Notes: a model not told the origin generated them from the letters alone. A DNA stretch of 63,269 nt, filler included, from Octopus bimaculoides (GCF_001194135.2; 6 parts of 6 records of this genome joined end to end with filler, not necessarily neighbours in it); one strand, 5' to 3'; numbered from the whole stretch's first letter, positions 1-12,500 are shown. Translations and numbers: made by a program.

Positions 1-39
1 AGCTATGCTAGTGCATACACCTTCACACGCACCCATAAC

Positions 40-165
40 TGACGGGCTTCAGTATAATTTCTGTCTACTAAATATTTCTCACAAAGCATTGGTCGACCCA
101 ATACTTTAACAGAAGCCATTTGCACAAGGTGCCACGCAGTGGGACCAAACCTAGGAGAGACAGCA
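40..165 (-). mobile_element. CORE-like tRNA-derived SINE (family 1), partial
   Basis: Reverse complement of the family-1 head (caaggtgccacgcagtgggacc), diverged from the copy at 2042-2457. Confidence 0.75.
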
Positions 166-190
166 GATATCTTGATTGATGGAAGCTCGT

Positions 191-233
<43 letters not shown>

Positions 234-269
234 GTCTGTCTGTCTGTCTGTCTGTCTGTGTGCGTGTCT

Positions 270-465
270 TTATACTTGTGTTTGTCTCCCTTCCCACCGC
301 CGCTGGACAACCGGTGTGGGTTTGTCTACGTCCCCATAACTTAGCGGTTTGGCGAAAGGAACGATAAAACTAATAGCAGATTTTAAAAATTACTCCCGGA
401 GGTCACTCTGTTTGATTAAAACCCTTCAAGGCTGTGCCCCAGCATGGCCGCAGTCCAATGACTGA
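270..465 (+). mobile_element. SINE family 1, 3' half
   Basis: tacgtccccataacttagcggtttggc ... ccagcatggccgcagtccaatgactgaaa matches the 3' half of the 2042-2457 copy. Confidence 0.8.
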
Positions 466-950
466 AAGTGTTTATTTAACGTAACTAAAGGAATTTTATG
501 ACTTAGTCTAAGCTCAGTACCAAAATGCTATTACGTCACGGTAATATCAGATTTTTGTCAATGCTGCCAACAATTAAAGAAATTCTTCACATTCTTGTTG
601 TCTTGGAATCTTTTACTTCGGAAAACACAGTCTGGGATTTGTAGGACAGTTGTCTTTCTCTTTTCTTGTTTTTTTTTAAAGATATTTTTGAGAAATGTAT
701 TTCAGGGATTGTTGTGTGGTTAAGAAGCTCACTTTGCAAGGTCGTATTTCAGGTTCAATGCCACTGCGCGGCACCTTGGACAAGTGTCTTTAATTAAACT
801 CCCTCGCCGAGATCAATGTCGTGTGAGTCAATTTGGTAGACAAAAACTGTGCGGAACATATGCACACACACACACACACATCCGGTTTCTGTAGAGTATA
901 TATATTCCCCACCGCTAGCGGACCGTCGCCACCGGTGTAAATACCTGCAA

Positions 951-1161
951 TAGGCGTAGGAGTGGCTGTGTGGTAAGTAGCTTGCATACCAACCACATGG
1001 TTCTGGGTTCAGTCCCACTGCGTGGCACCTTGGGCAAGTGTCTTCTACTATAGCCTCAGGCCGACCAAAGCCTTGTGAGTGGATTTGGTAGACGGAAACT
1101 GAAAGAAGCCCGTCGTATATATGTATATATATATATGTATGTGTGTGTGTATATGTTTGTG
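951..1161 (+). mobile_element. SINE family 1, 5' half
   Basis: taggcgtaggagtggctgtgtggtaag...ggcaccttgggcaagtgtc...gaaagaagcccgtcg followed by (TA)/(TG) repeats. Confidence 0.9.
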
Positions 1162-2041
1162 TTATGTTTCCCTCGGACTGACTCGCAGAGATAACATAAC
1201 GAGTTAAACAANNNNNNNNNNNNNNNNNNNNNNNNNNNNNNNNNNNNNNNNNNNNNNNNNNNNNNNNNNNNNNNNNNNNNNNNNNNNNNNNNNNNNNNNN
1301 NNNNNNNNNNNNNNNNNNNNNNNNNNNNNNNNNNNNNNNNNNNNNNNNNNNNNNNNNNNNNNNNNNNNNNNNNNNNNNNNNNNNNNNNNNNNNNNNNNNN
1401 NNNNNNNNNNNNNNNNNNNNNNNNNNNNNNNNNNNNNNNNNNNNNNNNNNNNNNNNNNNNNNNNNNNNNNNNNNNNNNNNNNNNNNNNNNNNNNNNNNNN
1501 NNNNNNNNNNNNNNNNNNNNNNNNNNNNNNNNNNNNNNNNNNNNNNNNNNNNNNNNNNNNNNNNNNNNNNNNNNNNNNNNNNNNNNNNNNNNNNNNNNNN
1601 NNNNNNNNNNNNNNNNNNNNNNNNNNNNNNNNNNNNNNNNNNNNNNNNNNNNNNNNNNNNNNNNNNNNNNNNNNNNNNNNNNNNNNNNNNNNNNNNNNNN
1701 NNNNNNNNNNNNNNNNNNNNNNNNNNNNNNNNNNNNNNNNNNNNNNNNNNNNNNNNNNNNNNNNNNNNNNNNNNNNNNNNNNNNNNNNNNNNNNNNNNNN
1801 NNNNNNNNNNNNNNNNNNNNNNNNNNNNNNNNNNNNNNNNNNNNNNNNNNNNNNNNNNNNNNNNNNNNNNNNNNNNNNNNNNNNNNNNNNNNNNNNNNNN
1901 NNNNNNNNNNNNNNNNNNNNNNNNNNNNNNNNNNNNNNNNNNNNNNNNNNNNNNNNNNNNNNNNNNNNNNNNNNNNNNNNNNNNNNNNNNNNNNNNNNNN
2001 NNNNNNNNNNNNNNNNNNNNNNNCGGTGTAAATACCTGCAA

Positions 2042-2457
2042 TAGGCGTAGGAGTGGCTGTGTGGTAAGTAGCTTGCATACCAACCACATGGTTCTGGGTT
2101 CAGTCCCACTGCGTGGCACCTTGGGCAAGTGTCTTCTACTATAGCCTCAGGCCGACCAAAGCCTTGTGAGTGGATTTGGTAGACGGAAACTGAAAGAAGC
2201 CCGTCGTATATATGTATATATATATATGTATGTGTGTGTGTATATGTTTGTGTGTCTGTGTTTGTCCGCCCAACATCGCTTGACAACCGATGGTGGTGTG
2301 TTTACGTCCCCGTAACTTAGCGGTTCGGCAAAAGAGACCGATAGAATAAGTACTAGGCTTACAAAGAATAAGTCCTGGGGTCGATTTGATTCGACTAAAG
2401 GCGGTGCTCCAGCATGGCCGCAGTCAAATGACTGAAACAAATAAAAGAGTAAAAGAA
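2042..2457 (+). mobile_element. SINE family 1, full-length copy (octopus OR2/CORE-SINE-like)
   Basis: tRNA-like head with B-box-like ggttcagtccc; ggcaccttgggcaagt resembles the CORE domain start GTGACCTTGGGCAAGT; internal (TA)n(TG)n; tail gactgaaacaaataaaagagtaaaagaa. The family name is from recall. Confidence 0.9.
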
Positions 2458-2459
2458 TA

Positions 2460-2889
2460 ATGGGACCTCATTTGCCTCTGGTTATGGCACCAGTGTTTGG
2501 AAAAACTTGTGTCTGTGAGCAAACATTTTCAATAATGAAGTATGTGAAGTCAACACATCGAACGAGGTTGACTGATGCACATTTGAAAGCAATTCTCTTG
2601 GTTGGATGCAGCAATTCCAAAGCAAATGTTGATCATATCTTAAAAGCTAAACACCAGTTTCAAAAATCTCATTACCTTTGTAAGATTTGGGTATGTATGC
2701 ACTGGGTGTCATATAACTATCTTATTGCTAACGTCGCCTTCTTTGATAACATTCTGGTAAATAAATATGCTGGTTGTCTTTATTTTTTTGTGTATTCACT
2801 GTGTTGTATTGAACAAAATGGTTGTGTGGTCCGTGTTCGTCATTCTCTCAGTTATCTGGTATGCCGTGCAAAAAGTTTGGTGATTCCTG
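2460..2889 (+). mobile_element. hAT (Charlie/GTF2IRD2-like) transposase C-terminal fragment plus 3' end
   Basis: Translates FGKTCVCEQTFSIMKYVKSTHRTRLTDAHLKAILL, the hAT dimerisation motif (FGSTYxCEQxFSxMKxxKSxxRxRLTD). Ends aaaaagtttggtgattcctg, like Charlie-type right ends. Confidence 0.85.
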
Positions 2890-3215
2890 GTTTAGTCGAA
2901 CAAATCGATTCTAGTAACCTATCTTTTGCTTTACTTATTCTGTCGGACTCTTTTTGCCGAACTGATAAGTTACGGGGACATGCACAAACCAATACCGGTT
3001 GTCAAGGGGGTGGGTAATGAGTAAAAAACAAACACAAAAGCGCTCGCACGCACACACACATATATACATGGCAGGCTTCTTTCAGTTTCTGTGTTTCAAA
3101 TCCACTTACGTTTTGATGGGCCCATGGCTATAGTAGAAGACACTTGCCCAAGTTTCTATGCAGTGGGACTGAACCCAGAATCATGTGGTTGGGAGACAAA
3201 AATTTCTTAGCACAC
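2890..3215 (-). mobile_element. SINE family 1, diverged
   Basis: cttcttcagtttc ... tagtagaagacacttgcccaag ... cttagcacacagcc is the reverse complement of family 1. Confidence 0.8.
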
Positions 3216-3443
3216 AGCCAAGCCTTCGTTGTGAATTTGTATTTCAATAAGCAAAAACCTTGCTGAGAATATTTGAAGAAAATGGTGAAAGTATTGTAAA
3301 AGTGAAGAAAGATTTGAAAAGTTTCCAAAAAAAAAAAAAAAATGTCTCTGATTGGTTCCTGTATGAAGTCCCTTGGTTTTGATCTTTACTCATATTGGCC
3401 CCGGTTTTATCTCTGAAAATTATAACCCTAATTGAGAAACTGT

Positions 3444-3597
3444 CAGTAACGTAGCTGATGAGAAAGGTCCGCCCCGAGCGATGTTTTTAGGAGGTGCGTA
3501 GGTTAGTGGGTATGAGTCAGTGTTGACTTGTGGGTCTCCAAGCTGGGGGTGACAGATCTAACGGCTGCCCTGGCGGCTCACTCTAACTACGTCACTG
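3444..3597. mobile_element. hAT-type MITE, 154 bp, with TIRs and 8-bp TSD
   Basis: Left end CAGTAACGTAGCT; right end reverse-complements to CAGTGACGTAGTT. Flanks are gaaactgt (3436-3443) and gaaactgc (3598-3605). Confidence 0.8.
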
Positions 3598-3662
3598 GAA
3601 ACTGCATTATATAAATTATCATTTTATGAGTCGTATAGTGTGTTTATAAAGCTTTATAAGTT

Positions 3663-3718
3663 TATTTAATTACATTTATTTAATTACATTTATTTAATTA
3701 CATTTATTTAATTACATT
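3663..3718. repeat. 14-bp tandem repeat (tatttaattacatt) x4
   Basis: Read directly. Confidence 0.9.
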
Positions 3719-4419
3719 TAATTAGTTCGTATACAAGAAATCTGATGATATCGTATGCAAGGTGTATAGTGTGTGCTTATAAAACTACCTATGATATTAT
3801 TTGTTTAATTACGTTATCTAGTAATTATTAGAAATTTGATATTTTCCTGTAATTTTTTTTCTTTACAAAATTGTGACTTTATTTCCATTCACCATGATGT
3901 CAATCCAAACGTAGATGAAATGACTGAGTTAACTACGGAGAAATTAAAAAAAGGTACATGATAGTTAAATGCGGAAAAGCATTTAGTCATTTAGCCACGC
4001 ATTCTTCCGTTTTTACCATTCCATTTATTATTAAAGACGACGTTTCTCCACCTCCATCAATTATTTGGCAGAATAAGAGGAGGAAGGATTTTGCTTGTAT
4101 GATTGCAGCTGGTCACGTGACTACGTAGGATCTCTGTTTACCCCATGTGATATTGCTGTTGTTTAACCTTCATTGAACTGACTTGTAATTAAAGGTATTC
4201 CAACCATGACCATTACAACTTTTTTTTTTAACGATATTTGAAACTAATTTATCTATTCTGTCCTTCCCTTTTGTACGAAGTGTGGTTTAAAAGAGGTTTG
4301 GCTATTGTTTCTAGCAGGCCGAGGGACACGAAGACTGCCTTATTAGAATGTTAATTGCTTCTCTGTCAGGACTGGTCCCAGGGTGGTTGGTGCTCCGAGC
4401 AAATTAAATTTTGGTGCCT

Positions 4420-4600
4420 CTTTTATCTTTTACTTGTTTCAGTCATTGGACTGCGGCCACGCTGGAGCCATGCCTTGAAGAATCGATCCCAGTCCTTATT
4501 TTTCAAAGTCTGGTACTTATTCTATCAGTCTCTCTTTACCGAACCGTCCACTTACGAGGACGTAAACAAACCAACACCAGAGTTAGAGGATAAACACAAA
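4420..4600 (-). mobile_element. SINE family 1, 3' half
   Basis: ttttacttgtttcagtcattggactgcggccacgctggagc ... tattctatcagtctc. Confidence 0.85.
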
Positions 4601-4624
4601 GTCACACGTGTGTGTGCATGTGTG

Positions 4625-4686
<62 letters not shown>

Positions 4687-4934
4687 TTTGTAGAAATACA
4701 TATATCCAGGGGAGAGGCACACTTTAAGATATAGAGCAGATAATATTATAATGGGGGTTGGTTTATGGGGTGACCCTGGGTTTCTCGTTCATAAGGGGTT
4801 TAGCCTATTTGGGGTCTGAAGATACCTGCAAGATACCTGTTTCCATATCTCTGTCTCATTATAACCTTTGATCACCTGACACGAAGTCACCTCCTCCAAT
4901 GCCTCCTCCCCACCTCAAAGGATTTTTGTCTTAC

Positions 4935-5150
4935 AACTTACTCAGTGACCCTGCCAATGCTGATGCCATGTACAAAGCATCCAGTTCACACTGTAAAATG
5001 GTTGGCATCTGGAAGGGCATCCAGCTGGGAAAACCATATCAAAACCAACCTTGCCTGAGCTGGTGCTATGTAGGAAGCACTAAGCCCACTCTGTGGAGTG
5101 GTTGGCGTTAGGGAGGGCATCTAGCCGTAAAAACCATGCTAAAACTCATT
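4935..5150 (+). mobile_element. RTE-LINE 3'-region-like repeat fragments
   Basis: Two copies of the tggttggcRttaggaagggcatccagc motif shared with 57223-57871. Confidence 0.6.
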
Positions 5151-5254
5151 TTTGCCATCTGAATGGACTGGAGCAATGTGAAATAAAGACTCTTGCTCAA
5201 GGACACAATGCCTCACCAGGAATTGAACTCACAACTTACAATTGTGAGCTGAGT

Positions 5255-5625
5255 ACCCAACCTCTTAGCGAAGGTGGAGATATTGTTTTCAGTCGTATTT
5301 GTTTGTTTGTTTGTCAGTGGACAATATATCTCAAAAACCGCTTAATGGATTCGGATGAAACTTTCAGGAATGTTTGGCCTTGTGACTGGCACAAACTGAT
5401 TAAATTTTGGGATCAATTTGGTGTCGGACAAGGATTCTGGATTATTTTTCCATTTTTTTTTACTTAATTTTTGAGAGCGATTGGGTTCATTTTTGGTATT
5501 CTCGTTTGTGAGAGCAGTTGAGTTTATTTCAGATATTCCCTTTTTAAAAATCATCTCCGGTTAATCATTCATAGGACATTGGTGTTGCCTTGGTCAAGGT
5601 TTGCACTCTCTGAGTGCTCTTGTTG
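5255..5625 (+). mobile_element. Helentron-associated (HINE/DINE-1-like) non-autonomous element
   Basis: cctcttagcgaagg...tattgttttcag...(gttt)n...atatctcaaaaac...gatgaaactttcagg...; ends gccttggtcaagg plus perfect hairpin gcactc-tct-gagtgc (5603-5617), the usual HINE layout. Confidence 0.75.
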
Positions 5626-6339
5626 TGTTTTGTTATGTGTATGATCCCTCAGTACATCGATTAAGTCATGCATGAAACTGACCTGTGGGGAGAGAAGGGT
5701 CAGGGAACTGCTACTCTGTATGATAACTTGACCTATTAGAAATAGCAGCTAAATCTCGCTTGAATCCAAGACTGGGATGGTCATAGCTGATATATTATTG
5801 ATTATAAGTGTTGTTCAGTCAAGGTTGACCTGTGGCTGGGACTAAATAAAAATTTAAAAAAAAACAAAAAACGATGAAACAAACAAACATATATGTATAT
5901 AAATAAATAAGCTAACAAGCATGACTGTTTTATGACTGTATTTTGTGTTCTTTGTTATTGGAAATTGAGAATTCATAAGGTTTGTAGAATACAAGAGAGG
6001 TGGGAGGAGGGAGAGGAGAAGGGAGGAAGAGAATGACATTGGGGGAAAAGAGAGAAAGAAAGAAAGAGAAAAGGTAATAAATCCTGATTTATTAATTCTG
6101 ATTTCATATAAGTTGAATTATCGAATAATGGTAGAATCAAAGAAGTTACTTTTAGACAGCGAATTCAAGCAGAGCTTTATATGATCTCTTTCTCCTCCTT
6201 CCCACTCTCTCTTTCTCTATCTCTTGTCCTCTCTCTCATGCACACTCACACACACACACATACATGTATATATGTAAATGTGTGTGTATGTGTGTATGTA
6301 ACACAAGAAAAACAACAAAAATGACAATAGCAAAGATGA

Positions 6340-6558
6340 CAAAAGTTGGCAAACTGGCTGAAACGTTAGCACGCCGGGCGAAACCCTTTGCTGTATTTTG
6401 TCTGTCTTTCTGTTCTGAGTTCAAATTCCATAGAGGTCGACTTTGCCTTTCATACTTTCGGGGTCGATAAATTAGGTACCAGATGCATACTGGGGTTGAT
6501 CTAATCGACTGGCCCCCTCCCCCAAAATTTCGGGCCTTGTGCCTTAGAGTAAAAAAGA
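6340..6558 (+). mobile_element. tRNA-derived SINE family 2
   Basis: gttagcacgccgggcgaa...gagttcaaattcc...gtcgactttgcctttcatactttcggggtcgataa...ggccttgtgcc. About 10 copies in the window. Confidence 0.85.
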
Positions 6559-6659
6559 AAATTGACAATTGCAAGATTCCACCTTCTAATCGATGCCATA
6601 TTGATCAATGAAATGGTAAGTGTCTTTTGTCACTTCACTTGCTTTCTTTGTACATTAAA

Positions 6660-6701
6660 TACATATGTATGTGTGTTAATATATGTATATGTGTATATAT
6701 A

Positions 6702-6734
<33 letters not shown>

Positions 6735-6766
6735 GAATGTATATGTACATATGTATATGTATATAC

Positions 6767-6797
<31 letters not shown>

Positions 6798-7016
6798 GAT
6801 ATAGATAGATAGACAGATATATACATACATATACATACACACACATATACATACATGCATATATATACATATACACACACATATATGTATATACATATGT
6901 GTATATGTATATATATATATATATTTGTGTATATGTATATATATGTGTGTGTTTGTATGTATATATGTGTGTGTCTGCATGTGTGTATGTGTTTGTATAT
7001 ATACATACATACATAC

Positions 7017-7047
<31 letters not shown>

Positions 7048-7180
7048 NNNNNNNNNNNNNNNNNNNNNNNNNNNNNNNNNNNNNNNNNNNNTTAATTAAT
7101 TAANNNNNNNNNNNNNNNNNNNNNNNNNNNNNNNNNNNNNNNNNNNNGTGTGTGTGTGTTTTTGTGTATATATATTTTTG

Positions 7181-7217
<37 letters not shown>

Positions 7218-7300
7218 CATATGTATATGCATATATATATATATATGTATATATATATGTGTGTGTGTCTGTATAATAATGTATTATCTAATGTGAATAA
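6660..7300. repeat. Compound (TA)n/(CA)n/(TG)n microsatellite field with gap
   Basis: Read directly. Source of the YI/HT/CV pseudo-ORFs. Similar fields at 7570-7750, 9860-10300, 12380-13020, 37340-37800, 57870-58060 and 62930-63220. Confidence 0.95.
7092..7103. other. Assembly spacer TTAATTAATTAA inside N run (also 16471, 46052, 47360, 52329)
   Basis: Identical 12-mer centred in about 100-nt N blocks five times; it gives stops in all six frames. Technical linker. Confidence 0.95.
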
Positions 7301-7578
7301 GTATAGTATCTATGCGTATATACGTGTATGCATATGAGAGCGTGACTGAATATACACACACGTTATCAAAGCGGATATGTTTATATAAAAGATATATATC
7401 TTTAGGGTCCTATATAACGCAACATAACTTTGGGGTTGACCCCTAAAAATTAGGGCATGGGATGGCGTGTGGGAGTAGGGAGTTTTAATATAAATATAAG
7501 CACTTATGTTCTCATGCTAAACATTTCTTGCTGGCTCGTAGTATGTTACATTCTTTATACACCCGTTGGGAGGGGGTG

Positions 7579-7614
<36 letters not shown>

Positions 7615-7703
7615 TATATGCATGTCTATTCATGCACACCTCTATGTATGTGTCTGTGTGGCTTTGTGAAATATTGGTATATTCATAAATATGTATGTAT
7701 GCA

Positions 7704-7752
<49 letters not shown>

Positions 7753-7754
7753 TA

Positions 7755-7898
7755 TTCTTTGGAAGCCTAGTACTTATTCTATCGGTCTCTTTTGCCGAAC
7801 CGCTAAGTTACAGGGACGTAAACTCACCAGCATCGGTTGTCAAGCGATGTTGGGGGGGACAAACACAGACACACAAACATATACACACACATACATAT
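7755..7898 (-). mobile_element. SINE family 1, partial
   Basis: aagcctagtacttattctatcggtctcttttgccgaaccgctaagttac. Confidence 0.9.
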
Positions 7899-8844
7899 NN
7901 NNNNNNNNNNNNNNNNNNNNNNNNNNNNNNNNNNNNNNNNNNNNNNNNNNNNNNNNNNNNNNNNNNNNNNNNNNNNNNNNNNNNNNNNNNNNNNNNNNNN
8001 NNNNNNNNNNNNNNNNNNNNNNNNNNNNNNNNNNNNNNNNNNNNNNNNNNNNNNNNNNNNNNNNNNNNNNNNNNNNNNNNNNNNNNNNNNNNNNNNNNNN
8101 NNNNNNNNNNNNNNNNNNNNNNNNNNNNNNNNNNNNNNNNNNNNNNNNNNNNNNNNNNNNNNNNNNNNNNNNNNNNNNNNNNNNNNNNNNNNNNNNNNNN
8201 NNNNNNNNNNNNNNNNNNNNNNNNNNNNNNNNNNNNNNNNNNNNNNNNNNNNNNNNNNNNNNNNNNNNNNNNNNNNNNNNNNNNNNNNNNNNNNNNNNNN
8301 NNNNNNNNNNNNNNNNNNNNNNNNNNNNNNNNNNNNNNNNNNNNNNNNNNNNNNNNNNNNNNNNNNNNNNNNNNNNNNNNNNNNNNNNNNNNNNNNNNNN
8401 NNNNNNNNNNNNNNNNNNNNNNNNNNNNNNNNNNNNNNNNNNNNNNNNNNNNNNNNNNNNNNNNNNNNNNNNNNNNNNNNNNNNNNNNNNNNNNNNNNNN
8501 NNNNNNNNNNNNNNNNNNNNNNNNNNNNNNNNNNNNNNNNNNNNNNNNNNNNNNNNNNNNNNNNNNAATAAATGGAGCAAAACACGTATCATCAATAAGT
8601 TCCTTTAATTCCTACATATGTTTCAAAATATATGTGCCCTCTACTCCGAAGAAGTAAGAGCTGCTGGAATTGCACATATATTCATCGTCAGGGAACCAAC
8701 ATACAAAAGCAAGACATGCGCTAAACGCACTAGGTCCATAGAAGGAAAGGTATGCACTAAATGCACTTTAAAAGTGCCCTTCAATTGTCAGGCAATATGC
8801 TGTGCTTTAGAAGACTTGTTGAGCCAAGTGAAATCATAGTCAAG

Positions 8845-9085
8845 GCTGATGCCAGGTGCTGCCGGTGGCACATAAAAAGCACCGTTCGGGTATGATCAAT
8901 GCCACTGCCGCCTGTCTGGCCACTGTGCTGGTGGCACATTAAAAGCTTCATTCAAGCATGGTTGATACCTGTGCCGCCTGACTAACCCTTGCGCTAGTGG
9001 CACATCAAAAGCACTCACTACGCTCTCGGAGTGGTTGGCATTGGGAAGGGCATCCAGCTGTAGAAACCTTGCCAGATCAGATTGA
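8845..9085 (+). mobile_element. RTE-LINE 3'-region-like repeat
   Basis: Three ggtggcacaNNaaaagcac modules followed by gagtggttggcattgggaagggcatccagctgtagaaac. Confidence 0.7.
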
Positions 9086-9103
9086 AGCCTATAGTAGAAA
9101 GGA

Positions 9104-9146
<43 letters not shown>

Positions 9147-9149
9147 GTC

Positions 9150-9362
9150 AGTGAGCTGACAGAATCGTTAACATGTCTGACGAAATGCCTAGTGGTGTTT
9201 CGTCCATTTTTGCATTCTGAGTTCAAATTCTGCCGAGATTCACTTCGGCTTTCATCCTTTTCGAGATTTGATGAAATAACTGTACCAGTTGTGCACTAGG
9301 GTCAGTGTAATCAGTTTGCCCCTCCCCTCAAATTTGCTGGCCTTCCCACGAAATAAGAAAGG
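9150..9362 (+). mobile_element. SINE family 2
   Basis: ttctgagttcaaattctgccgag...gctttcatccttttcgag...gtaccagttgtgcactagggtc. Confidence 0.8.
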
Positions 9363-9378
9363 ATATAACTGTTGTTGT

Positions 9379-9433
<55 letters not shown>

Positions 9434-10402
9434 GTTGCTGTCTCTATTGTTAGTGACATTGTTGCAATTAATCCCCCCCTCACCCCCCANNNNNNNNNNN
9501 NNNNNNNNNNNNNNNNNNNNNNNNNNNNNNNNNNNNNNNNNNNNNNNNNNNNNNNNNNNNNNNNNNNNNNNNNNNNNNNNNNNNNNNNNNNNNNNNNNNN
9601 NNNNNNNNNNNNNNNNNNNNNNNNNNNNNNNNNNNNNNNNNNNNNNNNNNNNNNNNNNNNNNNNNNNNNNNNNNNNNNNNNNNNNNNNNNNNNNNNNNNN
9701 NNNNNNNNNNNNNNNNNNNNNNNNNNNNNNNNNNNNNNNNNNNNNNNNNNNNNNNNNNNNNNNNNNNNNNNNNNNNNNNNNNNNNNNNNNNNNNNNNNNN
9801 NNNNNNNNNNNNNNNNNNNNNNNNNNNNNNNNNNNNNNNNNNNNNNNNNNNNNNNNNNNNNNNTATTATATATATATATATATATATACATAAACACATG
9901 TATATACCTACATACATACACATATATATATATATATATACATATATCTATACATATATATATACATACACACACACACACACACATATATATATATGCA
10001 TATATATATATGTGTGTGTATATATATATATATATATATCCTTATATATATATATATATATATATATGCATATTTATACATATATATACATATTATACAT
10101 ATATATATGCATATATAGACATATATATCTATATATATATATATATACACATACAGGCATATATATATATAACAGAATGGGGAGTGCATGCACACATGTG
10201 TGAATGTATGTATGTATATACTTGTATGTGTATGTATACATATCTATATATAATTTGATATATACATACACATCAATATACAAATACACACACACACTCA
10301 GAGGGATATACGCACACCCTTACCCCATAGGCAAGATAGGTCAGAAACTGGGTATAGTAAACTGTGTTGCCAGTTACTCAGTTTACAAAAATGGGGAAAG
10401 CC

Positions 10403-10444
<42 letters not shown>

Positions 10445-10867
10445 TTATCGACCACTTCCATACATTTGCGAGTGTGTGTTTGTATGTGTGTATGTGTGAG
10501 TTTGTCTGTGTGTGTGTGCGTGCGCCCTTATGGACCACCTCTATACATTTCTGAGTGTGTGTGTGTGTGTGTGTGTGTGTGNNNNNNNNNNNNNNNNNNN
10601 NNNNNNNNNNNNNNNNNNNNNNNNNNNNNNNNNNNNNNNNNNNNNNNNNNNNNNNNNNNNNNNNNNNNNNNNNNNNNNNNNNNNNNNNNNNNNNNNNNNN
10701 NNNNNNNNNNNNNNNNNNNNNNNNNNNNNNNNNNNNNNNNNNNNNNNNNNNNNNNNNNNNNNNNNNNNNNNNNNNNNNNNNNNNNNNNNNNNNNNNNNNT
10801 ATATATATATATACATATATATACATACACACACATATATATTAAATTAAATACATACATATATACA

Positions 10868-11065
10868 TAGGTGCAGGAGTGGCTGTGTGGTAAGTAGCTT
10901 GCTTACCAACCACATGGTTCCGGGTTCATTCCCACTGCGTGACACCTCGGGCAAGTGTCTACTACTCTACCCTCGGGCCGACCAAAGCCTTGTGAGTGGA
11001 CTTGCTCGACTAAAGGCGGTGTTCCAGCATGGCCACAGTCAAATGATTGAAACAAGTAAAAGAGT
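10868..11065 (+). mobile_element. SINE family 1, internally deleted
   Basis: 5' half joined directly to the 3' tail at ccttgtgagtgga|cttgctcgactaaaggcgg. Confidence 0.85.
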
Positions 11066-11232
11066 AAGGAAATTAACGAAGTGTGACGGATTGAAGTGAA
11101 ATTTATGAAATTACTTTCATCAGTAATTGTGAACTTCCTCTCAATAATTTGTCATTGTTTGTAAATAGCATTTGGAAAGTTACACTAGGGTACTAGAGGA
11201 ATACCATTTGCTAGAAATAGGAGTTAATTCAC

Positions 11233-11317
11233 CAAATCCACAAATTTCTCACTATTAAGAAACATGCACGGTGTGAATGCGACAAATATAATGAAAAACA
11301 AAAAGGCCTTAGCTTGT
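11233..11317 (-). CDS. Candidate 85-nt exon (hydrophobic frame QAKAFLFFIIFVAFTPCMFLNSEKFVDL)
   Basis: Acceptor ttcttgctttgtggtttag, donor ttg|gtgaat; two frames open; not linked to the upstream chain. Confidence 0.25.
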
Positions 11318-11586
11318 CTAAACCACAAAGCAAGAACAGGTATTTCAGTATCAATTGACTTCACCTTTTTGTAGGTCAGTACTTAAGGATTGTCAGTCAA
11401 GCATATTATATTCGTCTATTTTTTTTCAAAATATTCGTTTCATTACATCGTAAGCGTTTATTCATCTGAATCCCCCCCTCCCCCAGGGCATTGAAGAACG
11501 AACGTTGGGTGAGTCAGTAGAACATAAAATTTAACAAAGCATTATTACCATTAATAATAATAATCATCATCATCATCATCAGCAGC

Positions 11587-11840
11587 AGCAGTATCGTTTA
11601 ACGTCCGCTTTCCATGCTGGCATGGGTTGGACGATTTGACTGAGGACTGGTGAAACCGGATGGCTGCACCAGGCTCCAATCTGAATTGGCAGAGTTTCTA
11701 CAGCTGGATGCCCTTCCTAACGCCAACCACTCAGAGAGTGTAGTGGGTGCTTTTATGTGCCACCGGCACGAAGGCCAGTCAGGTGGTACTGGCAACAGCC
11801 ACGCTCAAAATGGTGTATTTTATGTGCCACCCACACAAGA
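11587..11840 (-). mobile_element. RTE-LINE 3' end
   Basis: Reverse complement of 57600-57871 (cgtttaacgtccgctttccatgct...). Confidence 0.8.
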
Positions 11841-12198
11841 ATAATAATAATAATAANNNNNNNNNNNNNNNNNNNNNNNNNNNNNNNNNNNNNNNNNNNN
11901 NNNNNNNNNNNNNNNNNNNNNNNNNNNNNNNNNNNNNNNNNNNNNNNNNNNNNNNNNNNNNNNNNNNNNNNNNNNNNNNNNNNNNNNNNNNNNNNNNNNN
12001 NNNNNNNNNNNNNNNNNNNNNNNNNNNNNNNNNNNNNNNNNNNNNNNNNNNNNNNNNNNNNNNNNNNNNNNNNNNNNNNNNNNNNNNNNNNNNNNNNNNN
12101 NNNNNNNNNNNNNNNNNNNNNNNNNNNNNNNNNNNNNNNNNNNNNNNNNNNNNNNNNNNNNNNNNNNNNNNNNNNNNNNNNNNNNNNNNNNNNNNNNN

Positions 12199-12376
12199 TG
12201 ACAACCGATGCTGGTGTGATCATGTCCCCGTAACTTAGCGGTTCAGCAAAAAGTGACCCGATAGAATAAGTACTAGGCTTACAAAGAATAAGTCCTGGGG
12301 TTGATTTGATTCGACTAAAGGCGGTGCTCCAGCATGGCCGCAGTCAAATGACTGAAACAAGTAAAAGAGTAAAAGA
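12199..12376 (+). mobile_element. SINE family 1, 3' half
   Basis: tgacaaccgatgctggtg...gactgaaacaagtaaaagagtaaaagag. Confidence 0.9.
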
Positions 12377-12461
12377 GTATATATGTGTGTGTGTGTGTAT
12401 GTATATATATATATATATGTGTGTGTGTGTATGTATATATATATATATATATGTGTGTATG

Positions 12462-12500
<39 letters not shown>

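Noticed and set aside
794-2286. Long ORFs of 200-440 aa in the track
   Set aside because: They are open only because they cross N runs.
3436-3465. GAAA-CTGTCAG-TA...CTGATGA hammerhead-like string
   Set aside because: Explained by the TSD and TIR of the hAT MITE; stem II does not pair.
6627-7103. ORF-track peptides rich in YI, CV, HT or LS repeats (here and throughout)
   Set aside because: They are translations of dinucleotide or tetranucleotide microsatellites.
7092-7103. TTAATTAATTAA palindromes as a biological motif
   Set aside because: Always centred in fixed-length N blocks; assembly linker.
8618-8839. 73-aa ORF in non-repetitive DNA
   Set aside because: No recognisable motif or acceptor in any frame.
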